From NCBI GenBank assembly GCA_963721815.1, contig CAVRLO010000021.1, forward strand, positions 96,066-160,065: DNA of 64,000 bases, written 5' to 3'. The position numbers were made by a program, and so were the translations under genes. The notes beneath the pieces were generated by a model. The model was not told the origin of the DNA and did no database searches. It saw nothing but the letters and a program-made list of their open reading frames with translations. The stretch is from an uncultured Candidatus Rokubacteria bacterium (GTDB lineage Bacteria; Methylomirabilota; Methylomirabilia; Rokubacteriales; CSP1-6). This document shows, one piece after another, positions 1 through 11,644 of the stretch (the first letter of the stretch is position 1; each line of letters opens with the position of its first letter).

Positions 1-599
1 CGCGTGCTTTCGCCTGCGCTTCACCGCAGTAGTTCTCGCCCGTCTTCACGATGGCGTACGAGCGCGCCAGCTGGCGCGCCTGCGCGAGATCGCCCTTCTC
101 GGTGAGGATGTCCAGCTTGATCTGCACGATGTGCTCGAGCGACGGATGATCGCGCAGGAGGCCCGGCTGCATGTAGGTCGGCGCCCACTGGAAGAGCCAG
201 CGTACGTGGGGCGGATGGAGGGCGAGCAGCCGGTCGAGCTGTGCGAGAGCCCGATCGTACTCACCCACGCGCACCGCGAACGAGGCCGTCTGGGAGATCA
301 GCTCCGCGTCGTCGGGCGCGAGCGCGAGTGCCCGGTCATAGAACGTGCGTGCCTCGTCGAGCTCGCCCATGGACTCGGCCGTGCCCGCACGCACAGCCTG
401 TGCGCGCACCGACGTGGGCGCCGCGATCGGCCGCGCGCCGCGCCAAGGCGAGCGCTTCGGTGTAACGGCCGGCTTCGAGCGCCGCCTGCGCGCGGTCGAG
501 ATCACCGGCCGCCGGCGCCGGTCGGTCCTGAGCGGCGTTCGCCGCCGCGACGCAGAGCGCCAGCGCAATCGCCGACGCGATGGCGCACAGCGTACCCAT
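1..599 (-). CDS. Secreted TPR-repeat protein; the 3' end lies outside the window and there is one frame break near 340-420
   Basis: The ATG at 599 is followed by a signal-peptide-like MGTLCAIASAIALALCVAAANA. TPR-like helices follow (LEAGRYTEALALARRA, then in a second frame GELDEARTFYDRALALAPDD ... EKGDLAQARQLARSY) and run to position 1. An alternative in-frame start exists at 707. Confidence 0.55.
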
Positions 600-983
600 G
601 GTCGCCGCACGCCGAACGGTGTGCAGTGCGCAACGAGCGTCGGACGCGAGCTGCGCGTCGAGGAACGGTTGGATCCCCACGTCCACCTGGCCCATCCGAT
701 CGGCCATCGTGCCAAGACGGAGCCAGGTCCCTCGCGGAAGGAGCGCGTCGAGTCGCCGCCTGGTAGGCGCTCGGCGGGCCGTGTACAGCCCACCTTCCAG
801 GATTAGCGTGTGCGCGGGAGGTCGACAAACAATCCTTTCGGTGGCACCCCGAGGGGAGATGTCGGCCATGCACACCAGCGGTTGGGGCGGTCTGTGGGTA
901 GGAACACGGCGGAGGATCGGGCGTCGGGATCGAAAGCCGCCCGGCGGGCGCCTGCGACGTGCGAGCACGAGTAAGATCAGACC

Positions 984-1328
984 ATGAATCGATTCTGCGC
1001 GATTCTGCTGGCTGCGCTGATCGGTGCGTGGAGCGCGGCGAGCGGCGCGGATGACCCGGTGATCGATCCCGACATCCGTGCCGCGATCGGGGCGGGGACG
1101 GTACGAGTCCTCGTCGATCTGCGCATGTCTCATCCCGACCCTTCGGCGATCCGGAGCCTGCAGGACGAGCTGCTGCGTCGGCTGGCCGGCACCGGCGCGC
1201 GCGTCGCGCGCCGCTTCTCGACGACGCCGCTGCTGGCTCTCGAGATCGATGCGCCGGCGTTGGCGCGCCTCGAAGCGATGCGCGACATCGTGACGCGCGT
1301 TCGCAAGGATCGGATCACGCCGCCCTGA
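984..1328 (+). CDS. Small secreted protein homologous to a subtilase N-terminal propeptide (inhibitor I9-like)
   Basis: Intact 114-aa ORF with signal peptide MNRFCAILLAALIGAWSAASGA. GTVRVLVDL ... RVARRFSTTPLLALEIDAPALARLEAMRDIVTRVRKDRITPP aligns by eye with GEVRVLVEL ... RVMRRYMTSPLIALSVGPAALKELDASNLPVKRVMEDRLHKP at the N-terminus of the downstream protease. Confidence 0.6.
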   Translation: MNRFCAILLAALIGAWSAASGADDPVIDPDIRAAIGAGTVRVLVDLRMSHPDPSAIRSLQDELLRRLAGTGARVARRFSTTPLLALEIDAPALARLEAMRDIVTRVRKDRITPP

Positions 1329-1472
1329 CGACGATCGCGCGCCGAGTCGCTGATCTCCCCGAGTGACGTCGTCGGTCACTCCGACTGCCAAAGCGTCACG
1401 CGCCCGTGGCGGTGAAACCCTTCTGTAAAAGGGGGTTGCGGATGGCATGGCGGTTGCGCACTATAACCGGCC

Positions 1473-4400
1473 ATGACGGCCTGGATACGTTCGCTAATTT
1501 CCGTAAATCTGTTGTTGCTGGGCGTCGTTCTGCCCACGCAGGCGCTCGCGGCGTCGGCGGATCAAAGGCCGCGCGCGGTGCCGAGCCGCCTTCACGACCG
1601 TGCCGTCGCTGAAGGCGAGGTGCGCGTGCTCGTCGAGCTCGCGCTCCCGTCAGGTCGCGTCGCGGAGAGCGCACTGGCAGTCCAAGCGCGCGCCGCGTAT
1701 CGACAGGAGATCACCGACACCGCTTCGCGCATCCTGAGCCGTCTGGCGAAGCATCCGCATCGGGTGATGCGCCGATACATGACGTCGCCGCTGATCGCGC
1801 TCAGCGTCGGCCCTGCCGCGCTCAAAGAGCTCGACGCGTCGAACCTGCCGGTGAAGCGCGTGATGGAAGACAGGCTGCACAAGCCGGTCTTGTGGGACAG
1901 CGTCCCGCTCATCGGCGCCGACCAGGCCTGGGAGGTCGGCTTCGACGGCTCCGGCCGAACGGTGGCGGTGATCGACAGCGGCGTCGACTCCACGCATCCA
2001 TTCCTCGCCGGCAGGGTCGTGGAAGAGGCGTGCTACTCCACGACGTCCGGGTCGCAGAGCACGACGCTCTGCCCGAACGGCGCGGACGAGCAGATCGGTC
2101 CTGGCGCCGGCAGGCACTGCTCGCTCGAGCTCGAGGGCTGCTGGCACGGCACGCACGTGGCGGGCATCGTCGCCGGTGACGGACGTGCGTTCGACCTGCC
2201 GATCTGGGGAGTCGGGCGCGGCGCCAGCATCATGGCGGTCCAGGTGTTCTCGCGGGTCAACAGCTTCCTGCTCTGCGGCGGCGCGCCGCCGTGCCTGGGC
2301 GCGTTCACCTCCGACATCCTCGCCGGCCTCGAGCGGGTCTACGAGCTGCGGACCACGCACAACTTTGCCGCGGTCAACATGAGTCTCGGCGGTGGACAGT
2401 TCGCCTCGGCCTGCGACGACGAGCCGTACAAGCCGTTCATCGACAACCTGCGCGCGGCGGGCATCGCGACCATCGTGGCCGCAGGAAACGACGGATCGAC
2501 GAGCCAGCTCAGCGCCCCGGCGTGCGTGTCCAGCGCCGTGAGCGTCGGCGCCACGACGAAGGACGACCGCGTGGCGGACTATTCGAACGTGGCGCCCTTC
2601 CTGTCGCTGTTCGCTCCCGGCGACGAGATCATCTCGTCGTACCCCTTCGAAAACTTCGCGGTGGCGAGCGGAACGTCGATGGCCGCCCCGCACGTCGCGG
2701 GTGCCTGGGCCATCCTCAGGCAGGCCGCGCCGACGGCGAGCGTCGACGAGATCCTCCAGGCCATCACGAGCAGCGGGCTCCCGGTCACCGACCATCGGGC
2801 GGGAACGGGCACCACCCGACCCAGGATCCAGGTCGATCTGGCGTTGAGCGTCCTGCTCGGAGAGAACCAGGAGCCGCCGGTCCTCTCCGTGACACCCGGT
2901 TCGCAGGATTTCGGCATCGTGACGGCGGGAAGCTCTGCCGACAGAACCTTCGTCGTCCAGAACACCGGGGGCGGTATTCTCACCGGCACCGCCGCGACGA
3001 CTGCGCCGTTCAGCATCGTCTCGGGCGCCTCCTTCAATCGAGGCCCCGACTCCACCAAGACCGTCGTAGTGCGATTCAGCCCGACGACGCCCGGCGTCTT
3101 CAGCGCGAACGTGACCTTCACCACCAATGGCGGCAACGTCACGGTTGCCGTCACCGGCGTAGGCGGAGGCGTCAGCGCCATCGCTCCCGACTCCGTCGAC
3201 CTCGTGAGCCCGCCGGCTAGCTTCACGGTCACGGGTCACGGCTTCGCGAACCTAGGATTCGGGCTGCCGGTCGTGAACTTCATGCGTGGCGGCACCTTGA
3301 TCGCGCAAGCACGGGCCACGGCGCTCGCCGGGGGCACGACCTTGACGGTTCCTTACCCGACCCAGGCCACCTCGATCACGCCCAACATGCCCGGGCTATC
3401 GGTGGGCCCGGTTCAGGCCCAGGTCTGGCAGCAGACGTCGAGCACGCCGACCTTCACTCTGATCGGGAGCAAGGCGCTGACGATCACCGACTCGCGGGGC
3501 GTCAGCGGCATCAGCCGAACTCGATCAACCTCGCCACCCCGCCGGCGACCTTCACGATCACGGGCGGCGGGTTCGCGAACCTCGGGTTCGGGCTGCCGAT
3601 GGTGAACTTCGTGCGGGGCGGCACTGTGATCGCGCAAGCGCGGGCCACCGAGCTTGTCGGAGGTAAGACCTTGACGGTGCCGTTTCCGACGCAGCTCACC
3701 GCGATCACCCCCAACGTGCCGGGACTGTCGGCGGGTACGGTTCAGGCCCAGGTCTGGCAGCAGACGTCGACGCGCCGCGCCTTCAGTCTGATCGGGAGCG
3801 CAACGCTCACGATCACCGATACGCGGCCCGTCCCCGGCGTGAGCGGCATCAGCCCGAACGAGGTCGACCTGGCGAGCCCGCCGGCCAGCTTCACGATCAA
3901 CGGGCAACGGGTTCGCGAACCTCGGGTTCGGGTTGCCGATGGTGAACTTCATGCGCGGCAGCACGTTGATCGCGCAAGCGCGGGCCACGGCGCTCACCGA
4001 GACCGACGCTGACGGTGCCCTACCCGACGCAGGCCACCTCGATCACGCCCAACATGCCCGGGCTGTCGGTGGGCACGGTCCAGGCCCAGGTCTGGCAGCA
4101 GACGTCGAGCACGCCGACCTTCAGTCTGGTCGGGAGCGCCGCGCTCACGGTCATCGACAGGCGGCCGGTTCCCAGCGTGACCGGTATCATCCCGAAGCTC
4201 GATCGACCTGGCGAACCCGCCGGCCACCTTCACGATCACGGGCACGGGCTTCGCGAACTTCGGGCTTCGGGCTGCCGATGGTGAACTTCATGCGCGGCAC
4301 CACCTTGATCGCGCAGGCGCGGGCGACGGCCCTCGCGGGCAGCACGACCTTGACGGTGCCCGTTCCGACGCCGGCCACCGCGCTCACGCCGAACCTGCCC

Positions 4401-4842
4401 GGGCTGTCGGCGGGCCCGGTGCAGGCGCAGGTGTGGCAGCAGATGGGGCAGAGCACCTTCATGGCCGGTCGCCGCCGCGCTCACGCTCACGGACACCGGC
4501 CCACTCCGGAGCGTGAGCACCATCATGCCCGAACCCGGTCGACCTGCTGACCCGCCGGCGCCCTTCACGATCACGGGCAACGGGTTCGCGAACCTCGGCT
4601 TCGGGCTGCCGATGGTGAACTTCGTGCGGGGCACGACCCTGATCGCGCAAGCGCGGGCCACGCTGCTGACGGGGAGCACGACCTTGACGGTGCCGTTTCC
4701 GACGCAAGCGACCGCGATCACGCCCAACATGCCCGGGCTGTCGGTGGGGCCCGTCCAGGCGCAGGTCTGGCAGCAGACGGGGACCGGCACCTTCAGCTTG
4801 ATCGGCACCGTGACGTTGACGGTCACGGCGAGCTCTCCGTAG
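1473..4842 (+). CDS. Secreted subtilisin-like serine protease (peptidase S8) with a propeptide, a beta-sandwich domain and five C-terminal Ig-like repeats; frame broken several times after ~3510
   Basis: Signal peptide present. Catalytic triad motifs are VAVIDSGVD, HGTHVAGIVAG and SGTSMAAPHVAG. A HYDIN / choice-of-anchor-D-like segment follows (FGIVTAGSSADRTFVVQNTGGG). Repeats continue through ORF fragments 3599..4012, 3933..4550, 4015..4284 and 4513..4842, ending at the stop at 4842. Confidence 0.85.
3168..4842 (+). repeat. Five tandem coding repeats of about 330-338 bp (~112 aa, IPT/TIG-like Ig fold pattern)
   Basis: The block (G)VSGISPN.VDLASPPA(S/T)FTITG.GFANLGFGLPMVNF(M/V)RG.T.IAQARAT.L.G.TTLTVP.PTQAT.ITPNMPGLS.G.VQAQVWQQT recurs. 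Copies start near 3168, 3498, 3836, 4174 and 4510. Confidence 0.85.
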
Positions 4843-4867
4843 CGGCCCACGAGGCGGGCCGAGCCGC

Positions 4868-6761
4868 TCACTCCGGGTGGTAACGCAGAGCCCAGAGCTG
4901 GAAGGCGAGGAGCGTGTAGAGCTTCTTCCGGTGATCGCGCCGCCCGCTCTCGTGCTCGGAGAAGAGCCGCTCGACTACCTCTGGGCGAAAAAGGCCAAGG
5001 CGACGGATCGCGTCGGGCCCGCACACCTCGCGCGCGAGCGGACGGAGCGCGCCGCGGAACCAGTGGCCGAGCGGGATCCCGAAGCCCTTCTTCGGCCGCG
5101 CGAGCGTTTCGGCCGGAAGAGCGTCGGCGAAGGCACGCTTGAGGATGTACTTCGTCGTGAGGCCACGGAGCTTCAGGCCCATCGGTAGCCGGGCCGCCAG
5201 CTCGACGACACGGCGATCGAGGAGCGGCACCCGGACCTCCAGCGAGCACGCCATGCTGGCGCGGTCGGTCTTCGTCAGGACTCCCTCGCCCAGGTAGCCC
5301 TTGAGATCGAGATACAGCATGCGCTCGAGGCCCTGCACCGTCGGCGCGTGCCGCGAGAATCTCGTGGAACGCGGCATAGGACGGTGCGCTCCATGCGCCC
5401 GAGGGCGTCGGCCGTGAACAGCTCCCGCTGCTCGGCCGGCGTGAACGAGCCAAGCCAGACGCGCGTGGCGCTCGACATCGGCGATAGTCCAGGCCCTCGA
5501 AGAACCGCTTGAGCTTGAAGTCGAGGCTCAGGTTGCCGAGCGAGACGGGGAGTCGCTCGATGGCGGGCTGAAGGAGCCGTCGCCGTAGCCAGCGCGGGAC
5601 CGGCTCCATCGCGCGGGCGAGGCGATGTGCCTGGTACGTCGGGTAACCGGCGAAGAGCTCGTCGCCGCCGTCGCCCGAGAGCGCGACCGTCACCGAGCGG
5701 CGGGTGAAGCGCGAGAGCATGAACGTGGGGATCAGCGACGCGTCGCCGAGGGGCTCGTCGAGGAGGTCCGGCAATCGCTCGACGAGCTCGAGTGCGCCGT
5801 GGGGCATCCAGGATCTCCTCATGGTGGTCGGTCCCGAGTGCCCGCGCCACGCGGCGGGCGTGGGCGGATTCGTCGAAGGACGGATCCTCGAAGCCGATCG
5901 AGAAGGTCTTGAGGCGCCCCCCGCGTGCCGAGCGGCGAGGGCCGCGACCGCGCTCGAGTCGATCCCGCCGGAGAGAAAGACGCCGAGCGGCACATCGCTG
6001 ATCAGATGCTCGCGCACGGCGAGGTCGAGGGCCCCGCGGAGCCGTCTCGACCGCTTCCGCGGCGTCGATCGCACGGTCGGGGCGGAACGTGGAGCGTCCA
6101 GTACGGCTCGACCTTGACGCGCCCATCCGTGTACGTCAGCCAGTGGCCGGCGGGAAGCTTGCGGATCGAGCGGAAGATCGACGACGGCGCCGGGACGTAC
6201 TCGTGGGCGAGGTAGCGCGAGAGCGCCGTGAGGTCGAGCGCGCGGTCGATCGCCGGGTGCTCGACGAGGGCCTTGAGCTCGGAGGCGAAGACGATCTGGT
6301 CGGGCAGCGCCGCGTAGTAGAGCGGCTTGATCCCGATCCGGTCACGCGCGAGCACGAGCGTGCGCGCCGGGCGCGTCCCAGAGCGCGATCGCGAACATCC
6401 CTTCGAGGTCGCCGAGCGAGGCGAGCCCCCGCTCCTCGTACCCGTGCACGATGACTTCGGTGTCGGAGCGCGTCCGGAAGGTATGGCCGCGGCGCGGCGA
6501 GCGCGGCGGTCAGCTCGCGGTAGTTGTAGATCTCGCCGTTGAAGACCGTCCAGACGCGGCCGTGCTCGCCGCTCATGGGCTGATGGCCCGTCGCGAGATC
6601 GATGATCTTGAGCCGACGCATCGCCAGGGCGGCCGGACCCTCGACGAAGAATCCCTCGTCGTCGGGGCCGCGATGGACGAGCCGATCGTTCATCCGCTTC
6701 AGGACGCCGGGTCCGGCGCCCGGTCCCCGCGCGCGAGGACGTTACCGACGATGCCGCACAC
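4868..6761 (-). CDS. asnB: Asparagine synthase (glutamine-hydrolysing) family amidotransferase, with multiple frame breaks
   Basis: GTG start at 6761 gives (M)CGIVG, the N-terminal nucleophile. Further matches are [27 protein letters not shown], the PP-loop SGGIDSS, and the C-terminal fragment 4868..5377 (LYLDLKGYL ... TDRASMA). Confidence 0.85.
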
Positions 6762-6766
6762 GTCGC

Positions 6767-7729
6767 CTAGTCCAGCCGGTCGACGCCCACCGACTCGCGC
6801 ACGTAGTACGTCGGCTTGCGCTGCGGGATCGTAGAAGCCACGGATGATGATGTCGGCGAGGAAGCCGATGAACAGCGAGAAGACGCCGGTCATGGAGAAC
6901 ATCACCATCAGGAAGACCAGCGGTGTCGCTTCGAGATGCCGCAGGACCAGGACCCGATAGGCGACGACGGCGAACGCGAGGAAGCCGAGGGCGAGGTTCA
7001 GGAGCCCGAAGCCGCCGAAGATGTAGTTGGGGCGCGACGAGAAATCGCCGATGAACTTCAGGGTGACCAGATCCACGAGCACCTTGAAGATGCGCGTCAG
7101 CCCGTACTTGGAGACGCCGCGAGTCCTCGGATGATGGGTCACTTCCAACTCGGTCACCCGGCCGCCGACCCACGCGGCGAGGACCGGGAGGAACCGGTGC
7201 ATGTCACCGTAGAGGCTCACGTCCTGGATGACCTCGCGCCGGTACGCCTTGAGCGTGCAGCCGAAGTCGTGGAGCGGCACGCCGCTGACCTTGCGGATCA
7301 GGAAGTTCGCCGCGTTCGATGGCAGGCGCCGCGAGAGCCAGAGATCGTTCCGGCGGCGCCGCCATCCCGAGACCACGTCGTACGAATCGCCGAGCGCCTC
7401 GAGCAGCCGCGGGATGTCGCGAGGATCGTTCTGCAGTCGGCGTCCAAGGTGACGAGGATCGGGTAGCGCGAATGAGCGAGCCCCGCCGACAGCGCCGGCG
7501 TCTGGCCGAAGTTCTTCCGCAGCCGGACCAGTCGCACGTGGGAGTCGCCCGCGGCCAGCGCTCGCAGCACGTCCCAGGAGCCGTCGGCGGAGCCATCGTC
7601 CACGTAGATGATCTCGTAGTCGCGGCCGAGAGGCTTGAGCGCCTCGGTGAGGCGCGCGTGGAGCGGCTCCAGGTTGTCGCGCTCGTTGAGGACCGGCAGG
7701 ACGACCGAGACGCCCTCTCGCTCTGCCAT
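6767..7729 (-). CDS. Membrane-anchored family 2 glycosyltransferase, polyprenyl-phosphate sugar synthase type (GtrB/ArnC/DPM1-like); two frame breaks
   Basis: Motifs VSVVLPVLNE, YEIIYVDDGSADGS and TLDAD(L)QNDP. Two C-terminal TM helices are present (NYIFGGFGLLNLALGFLAFAVV, PLVFLMVMFSMTGVFSLFIGFLADII). The C-terminus QRKPTYYVRESVGVDRLD is recovered in another frame. The ATG at 7729 overlaps the upstream stop (ATGA). Confidence 0.85.
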
Positions 7730-8445
7730 CACGGCGCCCGATCGTCGGCTTCGCAGCGCACGACATAGCGAAGCGGAAGCCAACGGAACGGGATGCCCTC
7801 GATGCGCGTGACCCGCAGCCCGGGCGGGATCAGCGCGAGCAGCGCCGCGAGATCGAAGACGTGCAGGTGCCACTCGTCGTCCATGCGCTCGGGCATCTGG
7901 TAGTCCCCGGAGCGCGAGCCCAGCAGGACGCGGTAGAGACCGCTCGCGCGAAGCATCGCCTTGAGCGTGTTGATCAGTCGCTCGTTGGGCACGGAGACGA
8001 CGGCGACGCCACCGCTCGCGACGACGCGACGCATCTCGGCGAGCGCGGCGGCCGGCGAGGGGATGTGCTCGAGCACCTCCGAGCAATAGACGCGTTCCCA
8101 CGCGCGATCTCGGAAGGGCAGATGCTCGGCGTCGCCCTGCACGAGGGCGCCGCGCTTCATCAGCCGGCGCGCCGCCTTCGCCAGCAGCGACTCGGCGAGG
8201 TCGATCCCGACGCGCCGGGCGCTGGGTATCTGCGCCAGGATGTTGCCGGCGCCGCAGCCGATCTCCAGGACGCGATCTCCCGGCCGTGCCCCGAGCAGAG
8301 CGAGGATGCGCCGGACGCGCTTGCGCTCGACGTACCGGATCAGCGGGCTCGGATGATCGTGGAACTGCTCGACGTCGTACTTCGAGACCATCGCGTCGTT
8401 CCACGACTTGAACTCGCGCATGTCTCGGAAGGTGCGCGCGCTCAC
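7729..8445 (-). CDS. Class I SAM-dependent methyltransferase
   Basis: Intact 238-aa ORF with motif I VLEIGCGAGNIL and a typical post-I acidic residue pattern. Confidence 0.85.
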   Translation of the reverse strand: MSARTFRDMREFKSWNDAMVSKYDVEQFHDHPSPLIRYVERKRVRRILALLGARPGDRVLEIGCGAGNILAQIPSARRVGIDLAESLLAKAARRLMKRGALVQGDAEHLPFRDRAWERVYCSEVLEHIPSPAAALAEMRRVVASGGVAVVSVPNERLINTLKAMLRASGLYRVLLGSRSGDYQMPERMDDEWHLHVFDLAALLALIPPGLRVTRIEGIPFRWLPLRYVVRCEADDRAP

Positions 8446-8465
8446 CGCTCCACCGCCTGGCGCGA

Positions 8466-9950
8466 TTCAAGCATGCCGGGCAAGGGCTCCGAGCCCGATC
8501 AGCACGAACGACAGGAGCGCGTGCATCCCAACCAGCGCGGTCACGACGAGCGCTGGGACACGGAGAGGGGCCACCTCACACTGTCGCCAGTAGAAGAACA
8601 GCATGGGCAGGATGGGAAGAGGTACCGACCCTGGCCTTGAAAATCATAGGTCCAGGACCGGTAGACCGATTGTGTGAGCACGAGCGCGGCGCAGACCGCG
8701 ACGCCGACCAGCAACGACCATGCTCGTCGAGACCCGCGCAGGACGACCGGGAGGATGAGGATCGCAAGCAGAGCGACGTAGAGCCCGGCGAAGGCGCGAT
8801 AGAACCATGGAACGGCGACGACGCTCATCCATCCGTAAAGGCCGCAGAAACTCCGGAAGGAGAGCCCCAACCAGTCGAGCGTCGTGAGGACATCCCAGAG
8901 GGGCACGCCCTTGGCCCGCAGCGCCATGAAGGGAAACGAGTTCGGAGTGGTCTGGGCCGATGGCTTCATCTCCGGAACGGCGACCTTCTCGACGTGCTCG
9001 AAGATCCTCTGTTCGGTGTGGAAGTCGTTCACCCAGCCGTGGTACGTCATCCACGGGAGTGCCACGGCCGCGGCGATGACGCCCAAAATGGCCGCGCGCT
9101 TCCAGTGCCTCGCGTCGTTGCCGAGCCACGCGAGGACTCCGCCGACGAACACGACGCCGACCATGTAGTTCAGCTTGGAGAGGACGAGGAGCCCGAGCAA
9201 CGCTCCCACGACGAACACGCCGCCGGTCGGCCGCACCTTCGCGCCGCTCAAGAAGGACCGAACACTGGAGTCGGGCCAGCCCAGCTCCATCAGAATGACC
9301 GTGAGCAGCGCGAAGGGAAGCGCGTCGCCGTTGATGTACGAAAAGACGTACCAGACTTGGGGGGTCAACACGAGGAACCCCAGAGCCGGTGTGAACCGTC
9401 TCGCGCGAACGATCGTCCACGCGACCAGGCCGCAATAGAGCAACACCTGAAACCACCGCATCGCGACTGGAGGGGCCACGCCGACGCGCTCGCCAAGGGC
9501 GGCGGCCGCACCGAACATCCAGTAGACGATGTCCCCTTCATCGACGTAGGACCGGCCGTACTTGCTGTACGACGCGGCGCTGTCCGGCGCGCCTACGGGA
9601 GGGGGTAGCCAGTTGTCGACGAAGTATCGGCCGGCGTCGAGATGAAGCGTCTCATCGGGGTGAGCGTTGATCGGGCTTCTCACCGCCATGAGAACGACCA
9701 CCACCGCCGACAGGGCGAGCTGCAGCAACAGCACGACGGCGAGCGAACGCTGTGCACCGGCGGCGCGTAGGGCCAGCGATGGCGCGGGCGCGCCTAGTGA
9801 CCGAGTGGTTTCGGCGAGCGCGCCGGGCGCCTCGCCGACCTCGAGGCTCAGGTCCTGAGTACGCATCGCGCTCGTGTCGCCGCGCTTCACCGCAAGGCCA
9901 CAAGCGTGCAAGCGACGAGCCAGGCGCCGTTCCGTCGGGGTGAGTCCCAA
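8466..9950 (-). CDS. Polytopic membrane protein, GT-C-like (possibly DUF2142-type); one frame break near 8615
   Basis: There are more than 10 hydrophobic helices and a periplasmic-loop motif HPDETLHLDAGRYF. The C-terminus ILPMLFFYWRQCEVAPL...ALARHA is recovered in another frame and ends at 8466. The start is uncertain (9950 or 9866). Confidence 0.5.
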
Positions 9951-10088
9951 ACGATTGATATCAGGGGAAATCTTCGAGCCTCATCCCATCGCCGGGATGC
10001 CGGGCAGCGATCGCGCCATCGTGCCCTGACACATGTGACTCGGATGGCGGACTCACTGTCCCGGACGAATCCTGATCCAGACCGCGAA

Positions 10089-11644
10089 CTATCGTGTCGG
10101 GGGCACGTCGAGGCGGCTGCCTCTCCGGACGAGAAGCACGTAGCTTCCACGATCGCCGCTGCCCGCCATGGCCACGTAGTGGGTCTGGGCCCAGTCCAGA
10201 ATGGGATGGCGGGCCCGTGCCCGGAAACTCAAGTTGACGACGAACATCGTTGGCGATCGGCTGTCGAGATCGGCCACGGCGCGCACGGTGAGTGGCGCCG
10301 CGGCCGGCCCCTCCACCAGAGGAAACACGTAAAACGCGCCGCTCGGCGGCGAATGCCGACTCTCGAAGTAAAGCCCGGTCTCGGCGCCCCATTCGTAGAA
10401 GGTCTCGCCCGGCGCCAGCAGCGCACCCAGCTCGCGGCCGAGTTCCTGCTCCATGACGAACACGTCGCCGTATTTGAGCCGTGACCACGCTTCGGGCGGC
10501 GCCTGGTAGAGCGGGGCTTGCTGGGCGAGCAGCAGGACGACCGCGGCCGAAGCGGTGAGTGACGGCACCCATCTGCGGATTCGCCGCGCGTCCGGAGCAC
10601 ACGGGGCCGCGGCTGCCCAGCCTGCGCCGACCGCGAGCAGCGGGAGCCAGAGCTGGTAGTAGTGTGGGCGCCACTGGCCGGGAAGCGCCACGGCGAGGTG
10701 AGTCCCGATACCGAGCCCGAGCAGCAGCAGCCACGGGCGGCGTGGACCGGAGAGCGCGCCACGCACCGCGCCGGCGACAGTGAAGACCGCGAGCGTCGTC
10801 GCGAGCGAGAGGATTTGGGGAAGAGCTCATCGGGGAGAACGCTGTTGAGGAGATTCCCCGCCAGGCTCTGGGAGCTCACCGTGTTGTTGTCGGACCAGTA
10901 TTGGGAAGAATAGAAGTGGTTGTAGGTGAACACGGCCTGGTAGAAGTCGGCGAAGTGCCCGCGAGCGGCGAAGTACGCGCCGGTGGCGAGCCAGGCGGCC
11001 GCACCGACACCACCGATGAGGAGAGCGTCGGCGAGAGCCCGACGTCGCGAGCAGCCGGGCCAGGGCGCAACGATGTGAGCGAGCGCCAGCAGGGTCGCGG
11101 GAGCGACCGCGACCGGCTTGTAGAGAGAGGCGAGCGCGAATAGGCCGCCCGTTGCGAGGACGCGCCAGACGCGCGGCTGCCCGCTGGCACGGACGAGGAG
11201 GGCAAATGCCCAGACGATGCAGGCGTTGATGAAGACCTCGGCATTGGGCTGGTTGGCCTGCAGCCACACGTCGCCGGAGACGAGCGTCCAGAAGACCGCG
11301 CCCCAGAGCCCGCCGGCGACCCCGCCGACGCCGGAGGCCGCGGCGTAGACGCCCAGCAGCGTCGCGATCGCGGCGGCGACGTTGAGGAGGTAGATGGCGC
11401 TCGGGCCGTGGCCCACGAGCAGGATCGCCAGCGCGTGGGTCAAGTGGATCGCGGGCGGCTTGTGGTCCCACATGTCGGCGTACAGCGACCGGCCGCCGAG
11501 CATCTCGTGGGCGATCACCGCCGCCGACGTGATGTCGCGCTCGAGCGGCTCGTCGTAGGTGTGCAGCCGCGCCGCGGCGATGAGGAGCGCGAGCGCGCCG
11601 AGAACGACGACGACCGTCGAGGTCTGCCCGGACGGCGTTTTCAC
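10089..11644 (-). CDS. GT-C-like (ArnT/PMT_2-type) polytopic membrane glycosyltransferase, diverged paralogue 1; one frame break near 10800
   Basis: The N-terminal loop is LHTYDEPLERD ... DHKPPAIHL and many TM helices follow. The C-terminal soluble domain FYEWGAETGLYFESRHSPPSGAFYVFPLVE resembles the equivalent domain of 18542..20205 and 20202..21789. Confidence 0.6.

Noticed and set aside
3168-4842. Possible CRISPR array or non-coding satellite, because of regular tandem repetition
   Set aside because: The unit is ~336 bp with no short repeat / unique spacer alternation. It translates into a conserved protein module continuous with the protease. No cas genes are in the window.
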